Notes: generated by a model from the letters alone, not told the origin. A DNA stretch of 40,699 nucleotides from a virus (IMGVR_UViG_3300020042_008834:1-40699); one strand, 5' to 3'. Positions 18,662 through 27,195 are shown, counted from the stretch's first letter. Made by a program: numbers and translations.

Positions 18662-19261
18662 TTATTTATTGTGAAGGTAATTGCTCATCACAGTACCAAC
18701 AACTCCAACCTTCTGACGTACGTATATCCATTCATCTTTTACAAACCTATGCTTCTTATTGATGTAATGTATACCCATAACTCCAATAATGCGACCATCT
18801 AAGTCTGTGAGAGATAGTAAGTAGATTGACTTACACTTACCACCAGTAGTTGTATTAAGAAGGTAGGAATGATTTGCTTCTGCATCTTCGATTACCACCT
18901 CGCCATTCTCATATAACTCTGATAACGGCTTGTTAAACAAGGATACTGGTATGTTCTGATACACATTCTTCACGGACTCAATGTTTGGGTTAAGCACTTC
19001 ATAGAATATAGAGAACTTTTGTATTGACTTACCTGTTGGATAGAAATGGCCACCGTTATGAAACTGAGCTATAAAGATCTGATCGCACTCTAGCTCAGCT
19101 AACATCATATCGAGTTGATGATCAATTTGCTCGTTATACTTTAGCGCATCGGGTAGCGGATCTGAAGGCTTTCTATTAAACTTATTCTTTGCCCATTCCA
19201 GTAGGATAGGACCAAGCACGGATGTAATTAAAGCAATTACTATAGGTATTAATATGTCCAT
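18662..19261 (-). CDS. Membrane protein with GAF-like domain (holin candidate)
   Basis: N-terminal TM helix; DQIFIAQFHNGG...KFSIFYE...KSIYLLSL...GRIIGVMGIHY GAF-like pattern; coupled to the lysin. Confidence 0.55.
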   Translation of the reverse strand: MDILIPIVIALITSVLGPILLEWAKNKFNRKPSDPLPDALKYNEQIDHQLDMMLAELECDQIFIAQFHNGGHFYPTGKSIQKFSIFYEVLNPNIESVKNVYQNIPVSLFNKPLSELYENGEVVIEDAEANHSYLLNTTTGGKCKSIYLLSLTDLDGRIIGVMGIHYINKKHRFVKDEWIYVRQKVGVVGTVMSNYLHNK

Positions 19262-19857
19262 TATTTAATGTCTGAGGATGCAATAAGTGTGTAGGTGAAG
19301 TTGTTACCGTGAATATCTTTCGCTTTACGGCAAATCTTCATAAACGCTTCGAAGTCTGCTGACTTCTTAAATACTTGACAACCTTCTGACCAATTCTCTA
19401 CGTAAGTTGAGTCTGCACCAGCTTTATGGATATTGATTCCGAATACACCTTCTTGGATTTTATTTTCATCGTACACCATATCTTTGTTAGCATCACGCCA
19501 AACCTTAACTGGCTTGTTCTGTCCTAATGCTTCGTACTTTCCTTGGTGTAAACGGATAATGTGAGAGCTACGATACTGTCCTTCTACAAGACGAGCAACA
19601 CCTGCTGTATTGTGATACTCACGAACGCCTTTTTTACCAGGATCAGTAGTAGCAGCCCATGAATGGAACTTCCATACACCACCTTCTTTGTAAGAAATTG
19701 TTAATTGGTCATCAAACACGTTAGTAACTACTTGTCCAGTAGCCGCGTTTCTAATACCGACGATATTAACGTCAAATCCTTTGTTAGCTGCATCGTCAAA
19801 CCATGCATAGCCTTTAGCTTTTACAGCTGTTTCCACTTGTTCTCTCGTAAATCCCAT
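19261..19857 (-). CDS. Putative endolysin, YkuD-like Cys peptidase
   Basis: NIVGIR, N.FDD, TTDPG, GQY, FGINIHKA...NWSEGCQVF...FTYTLI; same domain as the tail of 11415..13019. Confidence 0.7.
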   Translation of the reverse strand: MGFTREQVETAVKAKGYAWFDDAANKGFDVNIVGIRNAATGQVVTNVFDDQLTISYKEGGVWKFHSWAATTDPGKKGVREYHNTAGVARLVEGQYRSSHIIRLHQGKYEALGQNKPVKVWRDANKDMVYDENKIQEGVFGINIHKAGADSTYVENWSEGCQVFKKSADFEAFMKICRKAKDIHGNNFTYTLIASSDIK

Positions 19858-19898
19858 AGATATTGTTTTTAAAAATAAATATGGGGCTTAGCGTGAAA

Positions 19899-20066
19899 TC
19901 AATAGTAATCTACTTGCAAATCTTCATATGCTGTTTGATACGCAAAACTCTTACGCATTCCAGCATCTATATGAGCTTTTGCACGCTCATTAACCTCTTT
20001 TCCTAAGCCTTTTGCGTAGGCTTTCCAAAGGATTTCTTCAATTAACTCATCGTTTGTAACGCTCAT
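19899..20066 (-). CDS. Small hypothetical protein (55 aa)
   Basis: Read manually (MSVTNDELIEEILWKAYAKGL...AYEDLQVDYY); upstream TATTTAT motif. Confidence 0.6.
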   Translation of the reverse strand: MSVTNDELIEEILWKAYAKGLGKEVNERAKAHIDAGMRKSFAYQTAYEDLQVDYY

Positions 20067-20302
20067 AGATTGTGGGGTATATAGCTATAAATATACGCAG
20101 AAAATGTAAAGTGTAGATAGCAATTTTAAGTGTAAAATTAAGCCAATTTTTAGGAATATCGTAGGTGAATAACCCGCATTGTATGGAGTCGTAAAATCGG
20201 TTTTAAGCGGTCAAATCTTCGTTTTAAACGAGTCATTTTTTTCGCATAGAATTGGGCTCATTTAAGCCAAAATAACGCCGTAAAACCGGGCTAAAAGTGT
20301 TT

Positions 20303-20331
20303 TATAACTACTTGAGAATCAAGTAGTTATA
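20303..20331. promoter_or_regulatory. Perfect palindrome TATAACTACTTGA-gaa-TCAAGTAGTTATA
   Basis: 13-bp arms with a 3-nt centre in a non-coding gap of about 280 bp; related copies at 27254, 28427 and 32891. Confidence 0.7.
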
Positions 20332-20349
20332 GACGGTAAAATGCGGTGT

Positions 20350-21108
20350 TTATAGCGAATCTTCGATGTTGAAATCCTTGTCAAATGCGGCGTATGACGC
20401 CTTGTAAGACCGCTGAGATTCATCGTTTTCATCCTTTGTAAACTGCCAATTCCAGTACAGTTCAGAGGGTGTTTTGAACCCAAAAAATGCGTGAACTTGC
20501 TTCTGTATTCCTACCACATCCTGACCATTCCAGTTCTGTCCTGTGCATATAAAACCTGCATCTATATCCTTAACGACATTGTCTTCACCTAAGGTAGTAT
20601 GACGGTTTTCTATCCAACTTAAACGCTCAATAAGTTTTTGGTAGAATGCATTTGCTTGTCCCCATCTAACAGAACCAAAGAACACAACTGCATCGCTCTC
20701 AAAGAGGTCTTTTGTTATCTTCCAAAGCTCATCGTCATTGTTATTGATACTTGCCCAACAGCGATGATAGCCTGATGGGTTTTTAGACTTATCCTTAAGC
20801 ACAGAGTCTTTAAGACCACAACTGTTACCATCCTTACGACTGATGTTCCCTTCACAGTTATGTATCTTCATCTCGGATACGTCTAATATGATTGCTTTAT
20901 CACCTAAAGCCTTTTGCACCACTTGGGCAAGCAGAGTTGACTTTGGTATATCTGCTTCTTGGTCAGGTAGCTGATAACGATTGGATGTAGTTAGTAGTAA
21001 TACCTTATCCTTCTTATCAAGATGCTTTATTGTATCTTGTAAGTCAGTTGACGTAGCAAACTCTTCATTAAGTCCAACTTCTTTTAATATGCTTCTTAGC
21101 TTTATCAT
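20350..21108 (-). CDS. Flavodoxin-fold NAD(P)H-dependent oxidoreductase / iron-sulfur flavoprotein-like, with MIKLRSILKE leader
   Basis: VLLLTTSNR...KST.LA, three Cys (HNC...SC...RC), DDELW, DAVVFFGSVRWG...QKLIERL. Confidence 0.75.
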   Translation of the reverse strand: MIKLRSILKEVGLNEEFATSTDLQDTIKHLDKKDKVLLLTTSNRYQLPDQEADIPKSTLLAQVVQKALGDKAIILDVSEMKIHNCEGNISRKDGNSCGLKDSVLKDKSKNPSGYHRCWASINNNDDELWKITKDLFESDAVVFFGSVRWGQANAFYQKLIERLSWIENRHTTLGEDNVVKDIDAGFICTGQNWNGQDVVGIQKQVHAFFGFKTPSELYWNWQFTKDENDESQRSYKASYAAFDKDFNIEDSL

Positions 21109-21124
21109 GTCCTATATAAGTATT

Positions 21125-21619
21125 CTACTTTTTCTTCCAACCACCACCGGCCGCCTTATACTTCTTTGCAGCCCAACCATTCGCATATGCTGATGGATAG
21201 ACGTCAAATTTCTTTTTAGCTTGGCTTTTGTAGTACGCCCACTTTGTAGGATCAGTTGGTACGTTCTTTTCTAAGAACAACTCAATTTCAGTTATTACGG
21301 ATTCCGAAGCACCCGTCTTTGTCTTAATTGGTTTTTGTCCCTTTGATCTTTCTCCGCCCTTCTTAGCATCGCCACCTTTTGACTGAGCAGCACGCTTTCT
21401 TTTGACAAAGGCCGCTCTACCATCCTTGCCAAGCTTTTGAGCTTTTTCCTTGGATAGACATGCTGAGTATGGATCTCCTTCATCAGCATCACCACACTTT
21501 CCAACTCTATCGCCAGACGTATTGTATCTGTCCCAACCACCACCACCTACTCCACCTTTGCCACCTTTACCAAACCAAGCGCGTAAGTCTTCGAACAATA
21601 TATTAGAAAGCTTTATCAT
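21125..21619 (-). CDS. Basic Gly/Lys-rich phage protein with MIKLSNILFE leader
   Basis: EDLRAWFG...C...C...KRKR and AKKKFDVYPSAYANGW..K.YK..GGGW modules. Confidence 0.75.
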   Translation of the reverse strand: MIKLSNILFEDLRAWFGKGGKGGVGGGGWDRYNTSGDRVGKCGDADEGDPYSACLSKEKAQKLGKDGRAAFVKRKRAAQSKGGDAKKGGERSKGQKPIKTKTGASESVITEIELFLEKNVPTDPTKWAYYKSQAKKKFDVYPSAYANGWAAKKYKAAGGGWKKK

Positions 21620-21951
21620 TTTTGATTAATAAGTAGTTCGCCTAACACTTCTATCTTGCCAACAAGCTTTTGGAAAGCTATCTGATCGATAGCTATACTC
21701 TTTCTAGTAGACTTATATAACTCCTCAAGTAGTTCGTTGTACTCTTCTTTGGCTTTATCCAAGTCTAACTTATCGTTAGCTGCTTTTTCGTAGTACGGAA
21801 GCTTTACGTTATAATGGTAATAAGTGAGCATAGCGTCACCACCTTTCTCCTTAGAGCTATCTGTTATCTTTTCTGCACCACCTAATCTCGTTTTAGCAAA
21901 CTCCTCAAAGGTTTCTGCTGCTTCTTTTAATATGCTAGAAAGCTTTATCAT
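21616..21951 (-). CDS. Helical hypothetical protein with MIKLSSILKE leader
   Basis: ORF track; ATGA overlaps on both sides. Confidence 0.75.
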   Translation of the reverse strand: MIKLSSILKEAAETFEEFAKTRLGGAEKITDSSKEKGGDAMLTYYHYNVKLPYYEKAANDKLDLDKAKEEYNELLEELYKSTRKSIAIDQIAFQKLVGKIEVLGELLINQK

Positions 21952-23057
21952 AGTATCTTTACTTCTGGTTCTGGTAAGGTTAAATCTATATCATAGATTG
22001 CTATGGGCGGCTTGTACGAATCAGAGCTTAGCGTAACAATAATGTGCTTGGTATTAGTTAGACGACCACTCTGTGTCCTACTTTGATACTCCCAATCCTC
22101 ATCAGCCAAGCGAATGTATTTGTTCACCTCTGGATCTAATTTGCCTCTACGCTTACCATATACTTCTCCCTTTAAAGCTGCTACAATAATCTTAGGATCA
22201 GATTCCTCAGCTAACGCATCCAACACATCTAAGAACGATTGTTCGTTATATTTACTCGATGCAATTTGTACATAGAAACATTCCTTTGCATTTAAAGAGT
22301 TGAGCTTATTGCTGTACTTAATAATCCATGGAGCAATAGTGTTACTGGCAAAGAAGGAATCAAGCTCTGTGTTTGGAATAGCCATATCATATACGCTTGT
22401 ATCTTTGTTAATGATTGGAATATCATCATTAGTAAGCACACCTGAGTATTTAGCTAGGTTTCTAATTTGAGTGTCCCACATGGCAAACGATCCTTCGTAC
22501 AAAGTGTAGTCAGATATGATTGCCTTGCGAGCTTCTAAGAACATTGAATACATTATCTTTCCTTCCCCACCTCCTCTGACTGAAGGTATCGTCTGGGATA
22601 GATGAACTTGCCAAGGTGCGACACCAAAGTACTCTTTATACCTTTTAACGTCACTCAGCTCAGCAGATATCATTCCGAGCACCTGTCCATTAGCTTCATC
22701 AACAAGTATATGCTTAACGTAGCCACCATCGTAGCTCCTGTAGACATATAGCACGTAACCGTCTTTACTAATTAAAGCTCTCAGCTTCTTACCAGGCTTA
22801 TGCTTCAAGAGCCAGTAGTATGCTTCAGGCGCTCCAGCCTTTACAGAAGCGTATATGTTGTATGGATCAGACTCCACTGCTGCAATCCGTGGAGCAATCT
22901 CACTGCCATCTAAAAACTCTTTGAACTTATTAGCATCTACATTGTTCCAATCGACAATGTCACCTATGTTAATGAAGTTATCTACGCCAGACATATGTCC
23001 CTTATTAGGCTTTAGCTCTTCAACGAGTTTATCAAAGATAGAACGGAATGTGATCAT
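21948..23057 (-). CDS. GNAT-like acetyltransferase-domain protein (start revised to MITFRSIFDKLVEE)
   Basis: VHLSQTIPSVRGGGEGKIMY...IISD...GSFAMW acetyl-CoA-binding-like motif. The listed start at 23123 crosses a terminator; CTATTTATA lies just before ATG 23057. Confidence 0.6.
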   Translation of the reverse strand: MITFRSIFDKLVEELKPNKGHMSGVDNFINIGDIVDWNNVDANKFKEFLDGSEIAPRIAAVESDPYNIYASVKAGAPEAYYWLLKHKPGKKLRALISKDGYVLYVYRSYDGGYVKHILVDEANGQVLGMISAELSDVKRYKEYFGVAPWQVHLSQTIPSVRGGGEGKIMYSMFLEARKAIISDYTLYEGSFAMWDTQIRNLAKYSGVLTNDDIPIINKDTSVYDMAIPNTELDSFFASNTIAPWIIKYSNKLNSLNAKECFYVQIASSKYNEQSFLDVLDALAEESDPKIIVAALKGEVYGKRRGKLDPEVNKYIRLADEDWEYQSRTQSGRLTNTKHIIVTLSSDSYKPPIAIYDIDLTLPEPEVKIL

Positions 23058-23076
23058 ATGTATATAAATAGTTCGC

Positions 23077-23104
23077 AAAAAGGAAAAGCCCCAAAAGGGG
23101 GCTT
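23077..23104 (-). terminator. Intrinsic terminator
   Basis: Minus strand AAGCCCC-CTTTT-GGGGCTT followed by TTCCTTTTT, downstream of 23128..23733. Confidence 0.8.
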
Positions 23105-23127
23105 CACCATTTACACAAAACACAAAA

Positions 23128-23733
23128 CTATATAATTGTCAGCTGCTTAATTGTAATCTCTAATAACGCTTTGTAAGCTGATAGCGATAGCTTCTTGGCA
23201 GCAAGACTCGTTAATGCAGTAGGGACTTCGTCTGAATCCTTGTACAAGACCTTAGCTAATTGTAAAGCTCGTCTGCGTAACTGCTCTTCAGTACGACCTG
23301 TCCACTTGAGTACTGCCTTACTGAAACTATCAATAGGCAGCACTCGTATAACACAATCTTGTACCATATGCTCATACACATATCTCTTTGCACTCTCCTC
23401 AATCTCTTTGGTTAAGTAACCATACTTAATACACTTTGCAAGTGCATACTGCTCAGCAACATACTCTTGCATGTAAGCATAGTTACGTTCACCCTTTACT
23501 ATATGACCGACTTCGTGCATGCAGACATAGAAGCTGTACCTATCAGTAGGTACTGGTATACTTACTTGTCCGTGGTCTATAAAAGCCTCATACACTACAT
23601 CACGACTCGTTCTACGACCATTGTAAGGTAGCCATTTGCGTACTCTAATCAAGTGATAATCCAAGTGGTCTCTCACTATCTTTAGCATCTTTTGGTCTGC
23701 CTTTGCAAGGCGTTCTTTCGTCGTTTTTCTCAT
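23128..23733 (-). CDS. HEXXH zinc metallopeptidase-like protein (ImmA/IrrE-like)
   Basis: CMHEVGH...QEYVAEQYA. Confidence 0.65.
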   Translation of the reverse strand: MRKTTKERLAKADQKMLKIVRDHLDYHLIRVRKWLPYNGRRTSRDVVYEAFIDHGQVSIPVPTDRYSFYVCMHEVGHIVKGERNYAYMQEYVAEQYALAKCIKYGYLTKEIEESAKRYVYEHMVQDCVIRVLPIDSFSKAVLKWTGRTEEQLRRRALQLAKVLYKDSDEVPTALTSLAAKKLSLSAYKALLEITIKQLTII

Positions 23734-24377
23734 ATCTTAGCTTTAGCAAATGCCTCGTAAACTCTCGGCGCAAGTTCCTTGTAATTCATGTCAAATCGTG
23801 TAGACATAATAGCTTGTATGCCTGGGTTAGTATACGGTGAGTTCTTAGGTGAACTCCACTTACGAGTATGAAACATCCAGTTATAGAAGTGAATGTAAGC
23901 GTTAGCTTTCTTAACGTAATCCTTCACGTCAATACTGAGCTTCCACTTCTTAATAAGCTTCACAGTACGACGCTCATTATCCAGCTCTAAATCGCGCGAT
24001 ACACCTAAGTGCTTCTTGATATGATGCACACGTTTACCGCCGAGCCAACCGTCAATTTTCTCCATAGAATTACCTGCTTTATCCCACAAGTCAATACCTT
24101 CTTCCCACTGAGTTAGGTGCGCATATTCGTGCGCTAGAATACCCAAAGAATCAGGACGATTCATCGAACAAACAAGCGCTCTTCCATCAGCATCAAAGTA
24201 CCCAGAGCAGACGATATTGCTGATCTTTACGTACCCTGTAGGACGCAAGTCGCACTTGATTCCAACACGTTTACACTCGGACTTTACGTGGTCCATAAAC
24301 GCCAAATCTTCCTTAGTAAATCTTGCCATCATCGCGATAGCGCGAGCCTTTCTTGAGTGTTTTTTTATGCGTTTCAT
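23730..24377 (-). CDS. HEXXH zinc metallopeptidase-like protein
   Basis: CSGYFD...LAHEYAHLTQW...LELDNE. Confidence 0.65.
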   Translation of the reverse strand: MKRIKKHSRKARAIAMMARFTKEDLAFMDHVKSECKRVGIKCDLRPTGYVKISNIVCSGYFDADGRALVCSMNRPDSLGILAHEYAHLTQWEEGIDLWDKAGNSMEKIDGWLGGKRVHHIKKHLGVSRDLELDNERRTVKLIKKWKLSIDVKDYVKKANAYIHFYNWMFHTRKWSSPKNSPYTNPGIQAIMSTRFDMNYKELAPRVYEAFAKAKI

Positions 24378-24386
24378 AGTTGTTTT

Positions 24387-24701
24387 TTATTCTTCATTAC
24401 CACGTTCTTTCGCCAATTTCTTGAATATCTTATCGTCAGAAAATGCGTTGTTTGACTTCCTAATCATGTTGACAAACCACGCGACAGACTTAGCCTGCTG
24501 CCAAGCCTCTCGCACTGATGTCGCTGGCGGATAAAGGAGTTCTGCCGGTACGACAGACTCCATATCTTCACCGTGTACTACGGAATAGTGACCTACACTA
24601 TTCATTGCAGTTCGAGCTCCAGTAAAACGCTTCGCAATGAAGCGTTTCATCTTCTGAAATTCCTTTTGCTCTGGGGTTAGTTCCACTATCTCTTTGCGCA
24701 T
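24387..24701 (-). CDS. Hypothetical protein
   Basis: ORF track; TAATG-coupled to the AAA gene. Confidence 0.65.
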   Translation of the reverse strand: MRKEIVELTPEQKEFQKMKRFIAKRFTGARTAMNSVGHYSVVHGEDMESVVPAELLYPPATSVREAWQQAKSVAWFVNMIRKSNNAFSDDKIFKKLAKERGNEE

Positions 24702-25885
24702 TAGAAAGGCATTGTAGATGTAGTAGACTGCTCATTCATCAAGGTCTCTTCAGAACCATCACTCACGTATTTCTGCACTAACTGCTTAACAAACGTACGC
24801 TCGGACTGCAAGCCACCCTCCGCAGAATACAAAGGATAGATAGCCACCTCAGCACACTCTGCAAGCGTGAATCCGTCAGACATAAGACCCGCCATCTCCA
24901 CTACAGAACGTGTAGAGATAGGAGTCTGAATGCGCGGAGAATCCGTACGCATCTCAGTACGAGTAGCAGACGCAATCTCTGCAAGATTCATAGCAACAGC
25001 TCTCGATAAAGTAGGCTGTACCTGGCAGATAAGAGTAGCTTCTTGAGCCGGCTCTAAGAAAGGAATCTCAGCGATAACGAAGCGGTCTAACAACGCACGG
25101 TCCATCACACGAACTGCGGTATACTCGCTACCAATGTTAGCAGTACCGATGAAGCACACACCCTCTGCAACCTTGACAGTCGGAGAGTTTACAGCTTCGT
25201 CAAGACGCAAGTAACGCTGGTTAGGATCCAACACAGTCATAAGGATGTTCCAAGCCTCTGGATGCGCGCGAGACACCTCGTCAAGCAAAATCACAGTATT
25301 CGGAGTCTTTACAGCCTTCACGAAAGCAGACTCGTTAAAGAACGTACCTGCATCCTTAGAGAAGTGCGTATTTCCGATCAATGCACCACGCGGATCTTGC
25401 GTAGCTCCTAAGTTAATATAGAAGATCTCACGCTCCATAGCCTTCGCTACAGCGAACGCAGTCTGCGACTTACCACAACCGGTAGGACCCGTCAATAGCA
25501 TGTTAGTACCGCGCAATACAGAGCGACATATAAACTTCCACGTCAAATCCTCGCAGAACAAGGTCTCTGGACGTTTCTCTACGCACGTGTTAAGGAAAGC
25601 CATAACAGTGTTCTCTGCTGCAGGAACTGCAGTCTCGTTAACCGATTTTTTACTCATATTCTTAGTATTAGGTGCAACCTGGCGCCACTTGCCGGATTCA
25701 TTAGACAACCACATCCCAGCCTTAAAGGCCTTAGATAGCGTCATATAGGTGATGTCCTTAGTAACGTCAGCGCCGCTAACAGTGTTAAAGGCTCTTACTG
25801 ATTCGCCACGTTTTCCAGCGGCTAAACAAACTTCTGCGATAATTGCGATGTTCATGGTGTTTTGTGTTTTTGTGTTATTTTTCAT
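24701..25885 (-). CDS. MoxR/CbbQ/NirQ/NorQ-family AAA+ ATPase
   Basis: Walker A GPTGCGKS, Walker B ILLDE, sensor TAN, DRALLDRF, ISTR. Confidence 0.9.
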   Translation of the reverse strand: MKNNTKTQNTMNIAIIAEVCLAAGKRGESVRAFNTVSGADVTKDITYMTLSKAFKAGMWLSNESGKWRQVAPNTKNMSKKSVNETAVPAAENTVMAFLNTCVEKRPETLFCEDLTWKFICRSVLRGTNMLLTGPTGCGKSQTAFAVAKAMEREIFYINLGATQDPRGALIGNTHFSKDAGTFFNESAFVKAVKTPNTVILLDEVSRAHPEAWNILMTVLDPNQRYLRLDEAVNSPTVKVAEGVCFIGTANIGSEYTAVRVMDRALLDRFVIAEIPFLEPAQEATLICQVQPTLSRAVAMNLAEIASATRTEMRTDSPRIQTPISTRSVVEMAGLMSDGFTLAECAEVAIYPLYSAEGGLQSERTFVKQLVQKYVSDGSEETLMNEQSTTSTMPF

Positions 25886-25889
25886 ATGC

Positions 25890-25922
25890 TAAAGATCACC
25901 CCATTATTTGGATATACAACCG
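25890..25922 (-). promoter_or_regulatory. Early promoter of the AAA gene (leaderless); 32/33 identical to 32773-32805
   Basis: CGGTTGTATATCCAAATAATGGGGTGATCTTTA-GCAT-ATG. Confidence 0.7.
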
Positions 25923-25944
25923 GCGGTAGTGATTATTTTCCGGA

Positions 25945-25968
25945 AGTTATGAACCGAGTTATGAACCG
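25945..25968 (+). repeat. Perfect 12-bp tandem repeat AGTTATGAACCG x2
   Basis: Read directly; lies just upstream of the AAA promoter. Confidence 0.75.
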
Positions 25969-25991
25969 GCTAGTTAGCCGATCGTGTGCGC

Positions 25992-27025
25992 TTAGAGCGC
26001 AGCTTGGTCCTTGCAGAAATCGTAGATTGCATCAGCTACTGAGTCAACCATACCATCTGCTATCGAACGCTCATCCCACGACGTTTCTACACTAAATTCG
26101 CGACCGTAGCCGGAGCTAATCTCCACGTCAACTGCGTTCTCGCAATCGACCTCTCCAATAGAGTCAATCAGCGCACTACGCAAGTCAAAGTCCTCTTCAA
26201 ATGCACGCATTACGGCGATCCAATCGATCTGCCCTATTGTGTCGTTAGTAGCCGCAGCAGCAGGCTCTACAGCTGGTTCTACTGGTGTTACATTGCATTA
26301 GCAAGTGCGATAGCTCTTGCGTCTAAGTCCTTCAATAATGCGCCATATCCGCCGCCTCCCAACATCACGTTAAGAGTCTGTGCAACTACTGCGCCATTTG
26401 CATCCTTAGCAGACCACTCGTGGTCAATCACCTCAAACTCCTCTGGATTTGCGTTCTCCACAACACCTCTATATTCAAAGGTCACGCCAGTAGGCAATGC
26501 CACCGGGATTGTGATGATATGCTGTTTGTACGGCGTACCAATAGTAGGTGTACCGATGTTGATTCCGTTGTTAACTGTGTTGTTTGTTGTCTCTGAATTT
26601 TGCATGTTTTGCGTATTTATTGTGTTATTTATTTCTTGATTTAGTGCGGTAAATGCGGCCTTTACACCTTCGCAAATTACCTCTTTTGGTGTGGCTACTT
26701 GACGGAGTCTATTCACGTATAGTGCGTAATCACTACACCCTTGAACGCGTCTCATCTCCACTTCGAAGACGTCAGACCCCATAGTAATAGTGGGATGTGC
26801 GGCAACGTAATCCAGCATGGATGTAGTCCTAAAATAGCGAGTAACACCCCAGTACTTAGTACGCGCGCCAAACATGCGCATTTCGGTGAAAATTCGGTTA
26901 TAGCCTTCGCTTGGTTTCATGCCAATAGCCACCATCATTTTCTTGCGATATTCGCTTAAAACTGGTACTAAGTATGGGTAATCGAAAGGGTGAATGCGCT
27001 CGTAGCGATCTGTTAATTTCTGCAT
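25992..27025 (-). CDS. Hypothetical protein apparently split by a -1 frameshift near 26290 (ORFs 26288..27025 and 25992..26210)
   Basis: ...GCA ATG TAA CAC...; the -1 frame continues VTPVEPAVEPAAAATNDTIGQIDWIAV into the 72-aa ORF. Confidence 0.5.
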
Positions 27026-27050
27026 TTTTTGTGTGTTTTTTGTGTGTTAA

Positions 27051-27191
27051 TTACTTTAATCCAAGTGCGTCTCCTACCCATAATGTAGCGATAAAAACCG
27101 CAAGGATAGTGGTAAAAAAGGTTGCTGCTTTCAGCAATTCCAGCGGGTTCTCAGCCCACGCATTTTTGAGTGTTTTTATCATTTCTTTCAT
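27051..27191 (-). CDS. Small membrane protein (46 aa)
   Basis: Read manually (MKEMIKTLKNAWAENPLELLK...WVGDALGLK); promoter motif immediately upstream. Confidence 0.6.
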   Translation of the reverse strand: MKEMIKTLKNAWAENPLELLKAATFFTTILAVFIATLWVGDALGLK

Positions 27192-27195
27192 AGCC

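Noticed and set aside
20100-20349. ncRNA or ORF in the non-coding gap
   Set aside because: No credible ORF or recognisable RNA family; only the palindrome and loose GTAAAA(T/C)-starting repeats are supportable.
21295-21546. Nested same-strand alternative-frame ORFs (also 27538..27798 and 37811..38062)
   Set aside because: They lie within or across better-supported genes, often in low-complexity sequence, with no independent signals.
23058-23123. N-terminal extension of the 391-aa ORF
   Set aside because: It runs through a terminator hairpin and a promoter-like motif; ATG 23057 gives a leader like its neighbours.
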